Below, piece after piece: positions 31,272-41,557 of a stretch of DNA of 64,000 nt. The translations under genes and the position numbers were made by a program. The DNA is taken from assembly GCA_963740355.1 (NCBI GenBank), contig CAVUDW010000003.1, forward strand, positions 640,001 to 704,000. The letters are read 5' to 3'. Position 1 is the first letter of the stretch, and every line of letters starts with the position of its first letter. Origin of the DNA: an uncultured Gemmatimonadaceae bacterium (lineage in GTDB: Bacteria; Gemmatimonadota; Gemmatimonadetes; Gemmatimonadales; Gemmatimonadaceae). The notes beneath the pieces were generated by a model, which was not told the origin of the DNA, searched no databases, and was given only the letters and a program-made list of their open reading frames with translations.

Positions 31272-32045
31272 TCACAACAACACGTGCGCCAGCTCCCGCC
31301 CCCGCGGCGGCCCATCATCGCCGTGCATCGGCTCGATCGTCAACGCCGCCCCCATCACATTGCACGGCTGCACCGGCATCCCGGTGGTGAAGATCATCGG
31401 CGCGGCGGGATTCACGTTCACCGACGCCCCACGCACCATCCCGTCCGAACAGACGAACCAGAACTGATACCGACCGTCGGCCGGTGCGGCGGGAAGCCCA
31501 TGGAGCACGACATTCCAGCGATGGGTCTTGGCATCGGCAAAGATCACCATCCCGCCTTCCTTGCCGTGCATCATGATCTTCGCCTGCATCACGCGCGCGG
31601 CCTGACGCATGATGGAGACGGTGTCCTGCAGCGCAGCGAGCTGCGCATCGAGCGATGATCCGGCAGCGATCACCGCGGGCGCCGCACTCGCAGGCACGGA
31701 CGCCACCTCAGGTCCGACCGAGGCGCCAGAGAGCCGCCCCAGCTGCCAGCCAACCAGTCCGGTGAACAGCGACGCGGCGATTGCCGCTGGCACCGCCCAA
31801 CGACGCAGCCCGCCCCGCGCACGACCGGTCGCATGCTCCAATATCTGCTGCTGGAAGCCCGGACGCGGCGTCACCGGCGACACACCCATCGGCAACCAGC
31901 GCAACTCCGATTCGATGCGCTCAACGGCCTCACGGCACGCCTCGCACCGTTGCACGTGCTCGGCGAACACCACCATCTCGGCCGGCTCGAGTGCGCCAGC
32001 CGCATACTCCGTACGGTGTTCAATGAACCAGTCATGAGCGGTCAT
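31272..32045 (-). CDS. Zinc-binding anti-sigma factor (RskA-like)
   Basis: HxxxCxxC (HVQRCEAC), single TM, YQFW...A.TIEP..G...P RskA-like C-terminus. ATGA overlap with the sigma gene. Confidence 0.85.
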   Translation of the reverse strand: MTAHDWFIEHRTEYAAGALEPAEMVVFAEHVQRCEACREAVERIESELRWLPMGVSPVTPRPGFQQQILEHATGRARGGLRRWAVPAAIAASLFTGLVGWQLGRLSGASVGPEVASVPASAAPAVIAAGSSLDAQLAALQDTVSIMRQAARVMQAKIMMHGKEGGMVIFADAKTHRWNVVLHGLPAAPADGRYQFWFVCSDGMVRGASVNVNPAAPMIFTTGMPVQPCNVMGAALTIEPMHGDDGPPRGRELAHVLL

Positions 32046-32680
32046 GGGACCCAATCCTTCAGTGGAGCGAGTGCGGTGCGGAGCTTTCCGAATGCAAGTC
32101 GGAGCCGCGTCTTCACGGTACCCAGCGGCACTCCCAGTGTCGCAGCAATCTCCGAATGCGCCAGCCCTTCGAAGTACGCCAGACGGACGGCAGCGCGCTG
32201 ATCATCCGGCAGCGCACCAAGCGCCGAGTGCACCTGGGAATGGATGTGCCACCCCGGCTGCGCCGCTTCGTTGGGCTCGACCGGGGAGATGGACTCCCGC
32301 TCGATTTCTGAGGGCGTGAGCGCGGTCACGAGACGCAGCTTTCGTCGCCGAGCACGCAGCCGATCGATGGCGCGCTGCCGGGTGATACGCAGCAGGAGCG
32401 GCATCAGCCCCTGCCCCGGCTCGGCCGAAGGCGTGACCGATGTCCAGACCATCCGGAACGCGTCCATCACCACATCCTCGGCATCGTCGGCATCCTGCAA
32501 CATCGCGTGCGCCACACCAAGCAGCCATGGCGTGGCGACCGCAATCAATTCCGCCAAAGCCTGCTCGTCGCGCGCCGCGATCCGTTCGCGAAGTGAACTC
32601 TCGCGTCCGAGCGCCATGATCCCGCGTGCCGGAGGCGCCGACGTCCCGTCCAATCCCTGTCGACGCCCCGGCGTGACCAT
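32042..32680 (-). CDS. ECF RNA polymerase sigma factor (SigK-like)
   Basis: DAEDVV.DAF..VW, AIDRLR, LAYFEGL.HSEIA..LG.PLGTVKTRLR. Confidence 0.92.
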   Translation of the reverse strand: MVTPGRRQGLDGTSAPPARGIMALGRESSLRERIAARDEQALAELIAVATPWLLGVAHAMLQDADDAEDVVMDAFRMVWTSVTPSAEPGQGLMPLLLRITRQRAIDRLRARRRKLRLVTALTPSEIERESISPVEPNEAAQPGWHIHSQVHSALGALPDDQRAAVRLAYFEGLAHSEIAATLGVPLGTVKTRLRLAFGKLRTALAPLKDWVP

Positions 32681-33861
32681 CAGCGGACCGCGATCCCGTT
32701 GGCGCCCGTCGGCAGGCCAGTCACCGTCGCGATGTTCGTGATGGCACCATCGTTACCGGTCGCGAAGACCGAGATCGAATTGGTGGCCCCGCTGCGGACG
32801 TAGAGGAATCGATCGTCGCTGCTCAGACCGAGATCACCTGGTGTGCTGCCAGCACCCGTGGCACCGGCCGTGGCATTGACCAGCGTCAGCGCACCCGAGC
32901 GACCAATCGAGAACGTGCTGAGCGTGCCGCTGCCAGTGTTCGCCGCGTAGGCGGTGCGCCCGTCGGACGAGACCACGACCCAACAGACCGCTGACTGCCC
33001 ATTCGCGACCGAGCCGGACACCAGCCGAAGGTTGGCATTGCGATCGATGTCATACGACGACACGCTGCTCGCGCCGGCCGCGCCGCCCGCAGCTTCCGAC
33101 ACCACCAGCGTGCCATTCTTCGCGAAGTCGAAGCCGAACGGTGTGGCACCGCTCGATTGCCGAAGCTTCGGCTCACCCGTGCGTCCATTGAGCAGGACGG
33201 GATACGTCACCACCAGGTTGGCCGCCTTCTCGGTGACTACCAACGAACGACCATCAGGCGAAAACTTGATCTCGGCGCCGTCGATCGAGCCGGCTGGCGC
33301 ACTCCGGGCTCGCGTCGAGCCAGGGATCGGGATCAGCTTGCCCCGCGCACCGAGAAAGAAGCCTGTGATGTTCGAGGTGGCGCCATCGTTGAGCACATAC
33401 ACCAGGCGGCCACGGACCGCGATACTGATGGGCTGCACGCCGCCCGACGAGACACGATCGGTTTGCGTGAGGGTCTGGCCATCGACGCGGAACGCCGATA
33501 GTTCATTGCTGCCGGCGTTCACGCCGAACAGCATGTCACCGTCGTCATCGAGCACGAGGCCATACTGATTGCCGAGTCCCCCGCCGGTGCCGCGCCCGCC
33601 GGTGGGAATACTGGCTGGCGCGCCGAGCTGGCCATCGCGACTGCGCGGATAGATGAGCACTGCGTTGGCGTTGACGTCATTCGAGAGCACGTAGACGGCG
33701 CCACCGCGATCGTTCCCCCGCCTGGCGTTCTCGGAGGCAATCGTGAGTTGCGCCGTCTGTGATGCGTCGGGCGCGGTGGTACCGGAATCCGTCGCGCAGG
33801 CGCTGAGGCCGACGGTGAGCGTGGTGAGAAGCGCAGAGGACAGAAAAGCTGTGGTACGCAC
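32680..33861 (-). CDS. Beta-propeller (lactonase-family) lipoprotein
   Basis: Lipobox LSAC and repeated blades (N.GSN.LSAF, FSPDG, SSDGR.AY.AN.G). TGATG coupling to the sigma gene. Confidence 0.85.
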   Translation of the reverse strand: MRTTAFLSSALLTTLTVGLSACATDSGTTAPDASQTAQLTIASENARRGNDRGGAVYVLSNDVNANAVLIYPRSRDGQLGAPASIPTGGRGTGGGLGNQYGLVLDDDGDMLFGVNAGSNELSAFRVDGQTLTQTDRVSSGGVQPISIAVRGRLVYVLNDGATSNITGFFLGARGKLIPIPGSTRARSAPAGSIDGAEIKFSPDGRSLVVTEKAANLVVTYPVLLNGRTGEPKLRQSSGATPFGFDFAKNGTLVVSEAAGGAAGASSVSSYDIDRNANLRLVSGSVANGQSAVCWVVVSSDGRTAYAANTGSGTLSTFSIGRSGALTLVNATAGATGAGSTPGDLGLSSDDRFLYVRSGATNSISVFATGNDGAITNIATVTGLPTGANGIAVR

Positions 33862-33915
33862 TGGATACTCCGGTCTGGGGTTGGGTCATCACGGGTGACT
33901 TGCGTGTTGCGCCCC

Positions 33916-33942
33916 ATAACGCCCCCATCCTGCCGCCGGATC
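33916..33942 (-). promoter_or_regulatory. Candidate ECF (SigK/ECF18-19 type) promoter GATCC-N16-CGTTAT
   Basis: Minus strand reads aGATCCggcggcaggatgggggCGTTAT, ~55 bp upstream of the propeller-sigma-antisigma operon. Confidence 0.55.
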
Positions 33943-34085
33943 TCTGCACCTGATTCCAGCGGGAACGCCCCCTGCCAGCGGCACGTATTCCCTCAGTGGT
34001 CCGGCCGCAGTGGGCCCGGATCGATTGCCATCCCCCGGCCCGTCCGCGAAATTGGGACGATCCGTCTCACCTCTGGAGCCTGCGC

Positions 34086-34568
34086 ATGCCTGTCACGTTC
34101 ACGGTCAACGGCACACCCCGAACCGTTGATGTCCCCGCCGACATGCCGCTCCTCTGGGTGCTGCGTGACGTGCTCGACCTCAAAGGCACGAAGTTCGGCT
34201 GTGGCATCGCGCAATGCGGCGCCTGCACCGTGCACTTCAACGGCGAGCCGGCCCGATCCTGTCAGCTGCCAGTGACTGCCGTGCAGGGCGCGAAGATCAC
34301 GACCATCGAAGGCCTGTCGCCCGACGGCTCGCACCCGCTGCAGAAGGCGTGGAAGGAGCTGGACGTGCCGCAGTGCGGCTACTGCCAGGCCGGCCAGCTG
34401 ATGTCGGCGGCGGCCTTGCTCGCGAAGACGCCGAAACCGACCGACGCGCAGATCGACACCGCCATGAATGGCAATCTCTGTCGCTGTGCGACGTACACCC
34501 GCATTCGCGAAGGCATTCACAAGGCAGCCGGTACCACACGCAGTGGTTCACAGGTGGGAGGCCGCTGA
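34086..34568 (+). CDS. iorA: (2Fe-2S) small subunit of IorA/aldehyde oxidoreductase type
   Basis: [28 protein letters not shown]. Confidence 0.92.
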   Translation: MPVTFTVNGTPRTVDVPADMPLLWVLRDVLDLKGTKFGCGIAQCGACTVHFNGEPARSCQLPVTAVQGAKITTIEGLSPDGSHPLQKAWKELDVPQCGYCQAGQLMSAAALLAKTPKPTDAQIDTAMNGNLCRCATYTRIREGIHKAAGTTRSGSQVGGR

Positions 34569-36781
34569 TGTCTATCTCATCCCCGATCGATCGCCGTCAA
34601 TTCCTGCGCGTCACCTCCCTCGCGGGCGGCGGACTGCTGCTCGGCGCATGGCTCGACTTCGGCAGCAACGGCGTGCTCGAAGCGCAGGCAGCCGAAGTGC
34701 ACGACGGAATGGCGGACTTCTCGCCGAATGCCTTCATTCGCATCGCACCGAATGGTGTGGTGACGATCATGGCCAAGAACCCGGAGATCGGCCAGGGCAT
34801 CAAGACGATGCTGCCGATGCTGATCGCCGAGGAACTGGATGTGGACTTCAGCGCGATCACGATCGAGCAGGCGATGCTCGACCCCACCAAGTACGGCTCG
34901 CAGGTCGCCGGTGGCAGCACCGCCACGCCCACGAATTGGGAACCGCTGCGCAAGGCCGGTGCTGCGGGACGTCAGCTGTTGGTTGCCGCGGCATCACAGG
35001 CGTGGAGTGTGCCAGCGAGCGAGTGCACGACGGCATCCGGCACGGTCTTCCACAAGGCTTCGAACCGCCAGATGTCGTACGGCGCACTAGCGACAGCCGC
35101 CGCAGCACTGCCGGCCCCGGACGTGGCCAGCGTGACGCTGAAGAATCCGAAAGACTTCAAGATCATCGGCAAGGCGATCAGCGGCGTTGACAACGACAAG
35201 GTGGTGACCGGCAAGCCACTGTTCGGCATCGATGTCACGGTGCCCGGAATGCTTTACGGTACCTTCGAGAAGTGTCCGGTGTTCGCAGGCAAGGCGGTCA
35301 GCGCGAACCTCGATGAGATCAAGGCGCTGCCTGGCGTGAAGAACGCATTCATCGTCGAAGGTGGCACGGTGTTGAACGGGCTGCTGAGTGGCGTGGCAAT
35401 TCTTGCCGACACCTGGTGGGCCGCGAAGTCTGCGCGCACAAAGCTCAAGGTCACATGGGACGAAGGCGCCACGGCGCAGCAGAGCACCGCGTCGATCAAG
35501 GCCAAGGCCACCGAACTGTTCGCGCAGGCACCGGCGCGTTCTCTTCGCGCGCAAGGTGACGTGAATGCCGCCTTTGCCAGCGCCGCCAGGACGGTCGAGG
35601 CGACGTACGAATATCCGTTCATCGCCCACGCCACGCTCGAACCGCAGAACTGCACCGCGAGCTTCAAGGACAACGCGATCGAGATCTGGGCACCCACCCA
35701 GAATCCGCAGGCGGGCCGCGTCCTGGTCGCGAAGACGCTCGGTCTCGAGGAGAAGAACGTCGCCGTGCACATCACCCGCAGCGGCGGCGGCTTCGGGCGG
35801 CGGCTGAACAACGACTACATGGTCGAAGCGGCAATGATCTCCAAGATCGCCGGCGTGCCGGTGAAGGTGCTCTGGACGCGCGAGGATGACATTCGCCATG
35901 ACTTCTATCGCCCCGCGGGCTTCCACAAGCTGAAGGGCGCGGTCGACGCCAGCGGCAAGCTCACGGCGTGGCAGAATCACTTCGTCAGCTTCTCGAACAA
36001 CGGCACCGACTTCGTGCCGAGTGCAGGCATGGAGGGGACGGAGTTCCCTGCCCTTGCCGTGGCCAACAGCAATGTCGGTGTGTCGACCATGCCGCTGGGC
36101 GTGCCGACGGGGTACCTGCGCGCGCCGGGGAGCAATGCCCTGTCGTTCGTGATGCAGTCGTTCATCGACGAACTGGCGATCGCGGCACGGAAGGACCAGG
36201 TGCAGTTCCGCCTCGATCTGCTTGCCGCGCTGCCGGCCGAGACGCCGCGTGGAACGATGGTCGCCTCACGCATGAAGGCCGTGCTGGAAGCCGTGGCGCA
36301 GAAGTCAGGTTGGGGCACGCGCAAGCTGCCGAAGGGCAGCGGCATGGGTGTGGCCTTCTACTTCTCGCATCGTGGCTACTTCGCTGAAGTGGTCGAGGTG
36401 AGCGTGACGAAGGCCGGTGCGCTGACGGTGAAGAAGGTGTGGGTGGCCGGCGATGTCGGCAGCCAGATCATCAATCCGTCGGGCGCGATCAACCAGGTGC
36501 AAGGCTCCGTGATCGATGGCATCGGCGAAGCGCTGACGCAGGAAATCACGATCGAGAACGGCCGCACGAAGCAGGGCAACTTCAACGATTTCCCGCTCAT
36601 CCGCCTCACGCAGACGCCGCAGATCGACGTCACCTTCGTGACCAGTGACAACTCGCCGACCGGCATGGGTGAACCGGCCCTGCCGCCAGTGGTACCGGCA
36701 CTCTGCAATGCGATCTTCGCCGCGACGGGGAAGCGCATTCGCTCCCTTCCGCTGTCGAAGCACGATCTGAGTTGGAGCTGA
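34568..36781 (+). CDS. iorB: Molybdopterin-binding large subunit, IorB-like, Tat signal
   Basis: DRRQFL Tat signal, EIGQG, GGGFGRR, LRAP, GMGEP. TGATG coupling to iorA. Confidence 0.9.
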   Translation: MSISSPIDRRQFLRVTSLAGGGLLLGAWLDFGSNGVLEAQAAEVHDGMADFSPNAFIRIAPNGVVTIMAKNPEIGQGIKTMLPMLIAEELDVDFSAITIEQAMLDPTKYGSQVAGGSTATPTNWEPLRKAGAAGRQLLVAAASQAWSVPASECTTASGTVFHKASNRQMSYGALATAAAALPAPDVASVTLKNPKDFKIIGKAISGVDNDKVVTGKPLFGIDVTVPGMLYGTFEKCPVFAGKAVSANLDEIKALPGVKNAFIVEGGTVLNGLLSGVAILADTWWAAKSARTKLKVTWDEGATAQQSTASIKAKATELFAQAPARSLRAQGDVNAAFASAARTVEATYEYPFIAHATLEPQNCTASFKDNAIEIWAPTQNPQAGRVLVAKTLGLEEKNVAVHITRSGGGFGRRLNNDYMVEAAMISKIAGVPVKVLWTREDDIRHDFYRPAGFHKLKGAVDASGKLTAWQNHFVSFSNNGTDFVPSAGMEGTEFPALAVANSNVGVSTMPLGVPTGYLRAPGSNALSFVMQSFIDELAIAARKDQVQFRLDLLAALPAETPRGTMVASRMKAVLEAVAQKSGWGTRKLPKGSGMGVAFYFSHRGYFAEVVEVSVTKAGALTVKKVWVAGDVGSQIINPSGAINQVQGSVIDGIGEALTQEITIENGRTKQGNFNDFPLIRLTQTPQIDVTFVTSDNSPTGMGEPALPPVVPALCNAIFAATGKRIRSLPLSKHDLSWS

Positions 36782-36791
36782 GGACGATCGC

Positions 36792-37883
36792 GTGAAGCAG
36801 TGGCTCGAGACACGGCAGGTGTTCGACCAACTCGCAGCGTGGCACGCGGCAGGATCGCGTGCCGCGCTGGCCACTGTGGTACGCGTGAACGGCTCCGCGT
36901 ATCGGCATGAAGGGGCAAAGCTGGTCGTGATCGAGGATGGCAGCAGCGTAGGAAACGTCAGCGGCGGCTGTCTCGAAGCCGACGTACGCGAGGTGGCGCA
37001 GCGTGTGCTGCGCACCGGTGTGGCTGAACTGCGCACCTACTGCGGCGGTGCCGAAGAGATCGCGGCCTGGGATCTCGGCGTGGGATGTGACGGTGAAGTC
37101 GAAATCCTGGTCGAACCGGTGTCGTCACCGCGGTTGCATGAGCGCAACGCGTTGGCGGCTGAGACGAGCTACGTGGCCGTCACGCGACTGCGTGAATCGA
37201 AGGAGTGCGGTGAGGCGCCCCGACTGCTGATTTCGGAAGCAGGTGCGTTTGGCTCACTTGGTGACGCAGCGATGGACGCGTATGCGCGCGAGCATGCGGC
37301 GGAGTGGCGCTCGCTGGGCGAGTCACGGATCGAGACTGTGGGCGAGGTGCGATTCCTGCTCGACGTCCTGACACCGCCGCCACGGCTGGTGGTGGTGAGC
37401 GCCGGAGATGACGCGCGGATCCTGGCGCGCCTGTCGTCCGAGGTCGGCTTCCGGGTGGTGGTGGTCGACCGTCGTCCGGGGCTCCTCTCGCGCGATCGGT
37501 TTCCAGCCGCCATCACGCTGCTGGAGAGCGACGCGGCGCGCCTGAACGAATTGCTGGTGCTGGACGAGTCGAGCTTCTGCGTCGTGATGACACACGACTT
37601 CGCCGACGACGCGCATTACCTGCGTGCGCTGCTGCGTACCCCCGCGCGCTACATCGGCATGCTCGGCCCGCGCCAGCGTACCGAGCGGATCCTGACCCGC
37701 CTGCGGAGCGCGGGAGACGTCGACACCACACGCATCTATGGACCTGTAGGTCTGGATATTGGGACCGACGGCGCCGAGCAGGTGGCGCTGGCGGTGCTGG
37801 CCGAGATCCTGGCCGTTCGATCGGGGCGCCAGCCGCAATCGCTTCGCGAGCGCAGGGCGCCGATCCACGCCAGCGGTGAGTAG
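36792..37883 (+). CDS. xdhC: XdhC/CoxI molybdoenzyme maturation factor
   Basis: GSAYR..GAK, SGGCLE, LG.GC.G, YIGMLGPR, YGPVGLDIG. Confidence 0.9.
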   Translation: MKQWLETRQVFDQLAAWHAAGSRAALATVVRVNGSAYRHEGAKLVVIEDGSSVGNVSGGCLEADVREVAQRVLRTGVAELRTYCGGAEEIAAWDLGVGCDGEVEILVEPVSSPRLHERNALAAETSYVAVTRLRESKECGEAPRLLISEAGAFGSLGDAAMDAYAREHAAEWRSLGESRIETVGEVRFLLDVLTPPPRLVVVSAGDDARILARLSSEVGFRVVVVDRRPGLLSRDRFPAAITLLESDAARLNELLVLDESSFCVVMTHDFADDAHYLRALLRTPARYIGMLGPRQRTERILTRLRSAGDVDTTRIYGPVGLDIGTDGAEQVALAVLAEILAVRSGRQPQSLRERRAPIHASGE

Positions 37884-37886
37884 CCG

Positions 37887-38489
37887 GTGAGCCAGCTGCG
37901 CGTCGCGTCGGTGATCCTCGCGGCGGGGGCGTCCACGCGCATGGGTCGCAACAAGCTGCTTCTGGACATCGATGGCGAGCCGATGGTGCGCCGCGCCGCG
38001 TTGCTGGCGACGGAAGCGGGCCTGTCGCCGGTGGTCGTGGTGGTCGGCAACGATGAAGCCCACGTGCGCGCCGCACTCGAGGGGATCGCGTGCACCTTCG
38101 CCACCAACGCCGACTTCACCGGACCCACCAGTACGTCGCTCCACGCCGGCCTCAATGCGCTCAGCGATGAGGTGGATGCGACCGTGGTGCTCCTCGCCGA
38201 CATGGTGCGCGTGAGTGCGCCGATGCTGCGCGCGCTGATCGACTCCGCCAACGCGAGCGACGCACCACTGTGCGTCTCCCGCTACGGTGACGTCCTCGCG
38301 CCACCCCTGCTCTTTCGCCGCATCCTCTGGCCCGAGCTACTTGCTTGGCACGGTGAAGGTTGCGGCAAGGCGGTCGTCCGCGCGCATCAGTCGGAAGCCA
38401 ACATCCTCGACTGGCCGTTGTCAGCGCTGCAAGACATCGACACCCCGGACGACTACTTCAGTCTCGCCGCACGCACCAAGCTCGTTTGA
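37887..38489 (+). CDS. mocA: Molybdenum cofactor cytidylyltransferase-like nucleotidyltransferase
   Basis: LAAG.S.RMG.NKLLL, LADM, DIDTP.DY. Located in the ior/xdhC operon. Confidence 0.85.
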   Translation: MSQLRVASVILAAGASTRMGRNKLLLDIDGEPMVRRAALLATEAGLSPVVVVVGNDEAHVRAALEGIACTFATNADFTGPTSTSLHAGLNALSDEVDATVVLLADMVRVSAPMLRALIDSANASDAPLCVSRYGDVLAPPLLFRRILWPELLAWHGEGCGKAVVRAHQSEANILDWPLSALQDIDTPDDYFSLAARTKLV

Positions 38490-38624
38490 CTGTCAGTCGC
38501 CGAGGAACAGTTCTCAGCTGATGTTGAAACGCAAAGACAGCTCGTAAGCGTGAAGCATGCTGATCCGCGCCTTCGCCTCGAAGCAGGAACTGCGCCACGA
38601 CGACCAACCGCACAACTATCCGAC

Positions 38625-39683
38625 ATGACAGCGATCGAGCCTTCATCCGAGGCGGGCAAGGCGCAAGTGCAGGGATGTGTTGGCAGGCCAAGTCGCCGAG
38701 AGCGCGTTGCAGTGGCACTGCTCGTCGCTGCGGTGAGTGCGGCATTCGTGGTCTGGAACCATCATCTTCTCGGCGACGGTAGCGATTTCGATCACCTCTG
38801 GTTCGCGGGCCGAGTCCTTCTCACCGGTCAGGAGCCGTACGACGCCATCGGCCCCGGACGCGCGTTCGATTTCCAGTGGCCGCTGCTCTACCCCATGCCC
38901 GCGGTCTTACTGGCCACGCCGTTCTCCGTCCTCTCGGTCTTTGCAGCCAGCACGCTGTTCTCGACTGTGTCGATGGGACTGCTCACCTATCATCTCACTC
39001 GCACGGGATACTCACGACTTCCCATACTGCTGAGTGCATCTGTCCTCGACGCGCTGCGCGCGGCACAGATGTCGCCACTGCTGGCCGCGACATGGCTCTC
39101 ACCTGCGCTGTTCTGGATGGTCGCGGTCAAACCCAATATCGGGCTCGCTTTCTGTGCGGCGACAGATTCCCGACGTGCGCTCACCATTGCCGCGATGGGC
39201 GGCGGCGCGCTAGTGGCAATTTCGTTCATCGTGAACCCGGATTGGGTGCGCCACTGGCTTTTCGCAATCAAGGCGACGGGCCACATGATACTCCCGATTC
39301 GCGCCGCAGGCGGATTTCTGCTGCTTCTCGCGTTATTTCGCTGGCGTCGACTCGATGCGCGTCTGCTACTGGCCTATGCCATGGTGCCGCATACACCGGT
39401 CGTGTACGATGTGTTACCGCTTGGCCTGATCGCACGAACGTTTCGGGAGAGCCTTGGCTTCACGGTGCTGACCTGCACCGCAATGCTCGCACAGGTCAAG
39501 TATGTCGGCACGAGTGCTCCACTCGCGGCAGGGATCCTGAACGGCTTGATCTACCTGCCATGCCTCGTCGCGATTCTGCAGCGACCAAATGAGGGTGAGG
39601 TTCCGGCGTGGCTTGGCATCATCGGCAGTCTGCGTCAACGGATCCTGGCGAAATCGTCGTTGCGCATCCGGGCAGATAGGTAG
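38625..39683 (+). CDS. Polytopic membrane protein, putative GT-C (GT87/DUF2029-like), family A copy 3
   Basis: SDFDHLWFAGRVLLTGQEPY, LLYPMPA, KPNIG, RWRRLDARLL, YLP.L..IL.RPN.G..P.W shared with 19106 and 20200. Confidence 0.6.
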   Translation: MTAIEPSSEAGKAQVQGCVGRPSRRERVAVALLVAAVSAAFVVWNHHLLGDGSDFDHLWFAGRVLLTGQEPYDAIGPGRAFDFQWPLLYPMPAVLLATPFSVLSVFAASTLFSTVSMGLLTYHLTRTGYSRLPILLSASVLDALRAAQMSPLLAATWLSPALFWMVAVKPNIGLAFCAATDSRRALTIAAMGGGALVAISFIVNPDWVRHWLFAIKATGHMILPIRAAGGFLLLLALFRWRRLDARLLLAYAMVPHTPVVYDVLPLGLIARTFRESLGFTVLTCTAMLAQVKYVGTSAPLAAGILNGLIYLPCLVAILQRPNEGEVPAWLGIIGSLRQRILAKSSLRIRADR

Positions 39684-39694
39684 CGGATCGCACC

Positions 39695-41557
39695 TTGGTC
39701 ATGGGTGACTGCAAACCGGATACTGGCGAGACGACATACGCTTGTCGTAGACTCCGCCATCATGCGCAGCTACAGGACGACTGCAGCCGGCCCAAGCAGG
39801 TTCACGCCACCGCTCCCGCTTTAGCCCACCTCGCCTTGGCCGAATCATCCTCCGCCAGTACCGCCCTCAAGCACCAAGACAGCAGCGAGTCGTCCTCCGA
39901 CGCTACAGGCGCCTGGCTGGCATGCCTGGCCGTGGCTGCGGTAGCCGGGGCTGCGCTCATGTTTGCGTTCTTCCTGCGTGAAGTGCCCGAAGCGCGGATG
40001 ATCAACGTGTTCCTCTGGTTCCAGCGTACGTTCGAGCCAGTACCCCTGATGGTAACCCTGGCCTTCGTCGTCGCACTGGCGGTGGCGCTGGTGCGCGGCC
40101 GCTCGGCGCCGCCGCACCTCCGCGCGACGGCGCTCGTGGATGCCGGCGGTGACGTCTCGCCACAGATCGCCTGGCTGCTTGGCGCCGTGGTCACGCTCGT
40201 GACCTTTGCCATCACGCACCGCGTGATGCACGCCTACGCACTCTCCGGAGACGAGTGGAGCGCGTCATTTCAGGCTCGCATCTTTGCACGTGGCATGATC
40301 GCCGCTCCGGTGCCGGTCGAATGGCGCCCATGGGCACCGGTGATGGTACCAGCGTACATCAGGTACGACGCGTCCTCCGGGACGTGGGAATCCCTGTACT
40401 TACCGGTGCACGCGCTCATCCGCTCGCTGTTCGTGCGAGCCGGCGCGGAGACGCTGGCCAACCCGTTGCTCGCGGGGCTGACGGTGGTGGGCCTGGCAGG
40501 GATTGCGCGTCGACTTTGGCCACGCGAAGGCCGGATGCAGTGGTTGGCACTGGGTGCGCTGGTGACCTCTGCACAGTTCCTGCTGATGTCGGGGACGGCG
40601 TATGCGATGCCGGCGCACCTGTGCCTCAACACTTGGTGGCTTTGGTGCTGGCTGAGACGAGAAGAGTCAAGGTGGAACGTCGGGGCCCTTCCCGTAATCG
40701 GGGTCGCGGCCCTGGGACTGCATCAGGTCGTTCCGCACGCTTTGTTCGTTGCGCCCTTTCTCGTCCGCCTGCTGCTCGAGAAGAGGTGGGAACGGACGAT
40801 AGGGGTCGGGGCGGCATACGCTTTGGGTTGCGTGGGCTGGCTTGGGTGGATGGCACGCGTTGGCGCGACTCAAGGCTACGGGTTCACAACGTTCTTCGCC
40901 TTCCCAGACGCGAAGATTCTCCACCTCGATATTCAGAACCTCGCATTGGTGGCCACCTGGCAGGCGCCACTTGTGGCAGCCACCGCCGTATGCGGTCTGC
41001 TGCGGCTGCGATACGCTCCCCCAGTGCTCCGAGACTTGGCGGCTGGGCTCATACTCACCATGGCCGTATACGCCATGTTTCGCTTCGATCAGCAGCATGG
41101 ATGGGGCTACCGGTACGCATACGCGACGCTCGGCAACGTGGTACTGGTGAGCGCCTATGGCGCGCGGTGGCTCGCGCGGTACTTGCGCGCGTCCGACGGG
41201 TGCCGCCTCTGCACTGGCAGCTTTGTCGTCGCGGTGGTGATACTGTTTCCGTTGCGCGCATGGCAGGCCGAAGGCTTCGTGCGACCGTTCGCACGCGCGG
41301 CAGCGGCGATCGAGACCAGCCGGGAGGAGGTGGTGCTAGTGAACGCGTCGTTGGTCTGGTACGGCACGGATTTCATCAGAAACGCGCCGTTCCAAGAGGC
41401 TAAGTCGCACGTAGTGAACGTCGCTGGACCTCTCGTATCAATTGGCATTACTCCGCCGTCCGCGGGAAGAAGCGTGCGCGTCATGACTCCAGACGACTTT
41501 CGCCGATTGGGCGTCCCGTACCGCGACATGCGCTTCGCGCGACCGCAGCTACCGTGA
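39695..41557 (+). CDS. Large polytopic membrane protein, putative GT-C (ArnT/PMT-like), family C
   Basis: ~12 TMs, acidic pair in the first large loop (SGDEWSASFQARIFARG), GWGYRY, soluble C-terminal tail. Start uncertain. Confidence 0.55.
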   Translation: MVMGDCKPDTGETTYACRRLRHHAQLQDDCSRPKQVHATAPALAHLALAESSSASTALKHQDSSESSSDATGAWLACLAVAAVAGAALMFAFFLREVPEARMINVFLWFQRTFEPVPLMVTLAFVVALAVALVRGRSAPPHLRATALVDAGGDVSPQIAWLLGAVVTLVTFAITHRVMHAYALSGDEWSASFQARIFARGMIAAPVPVEWRPWAPVMVPAYIRYDASSGTWESLYLPVHALIRSLFVRAGAETLANPLLAGLTVVGLAGIARRLWPREGRMQWLALGALVTSAQFLLMSGTAYAMPAHLCLNTWWLWCWLRREESRWNVGALPVIGVAALGLHQVVPHALFVAPFLVRLLLEKRWERTIGVGAAYALGCVGWLGWMARVGATQGYGFTTFFAFPDAKILHLDIQNLALVATWQAPLVAATAVCGLLRLRYAPPVLRDLAAGLILTMAVYAMFRFDQQHGWGYRYAYATLGNVVLVSAYGARWLARYLRASDGCRLCTGSFVVAVVILFPLRAWQAEGFVRPFARAAAAIETSREEVVLVNASLVWYGTDFIRNAPFQEAKSHVVNVAGPLVSIGITPPSAGRSVRVMTPDDFRRLGVPYRDMRFARPQLP

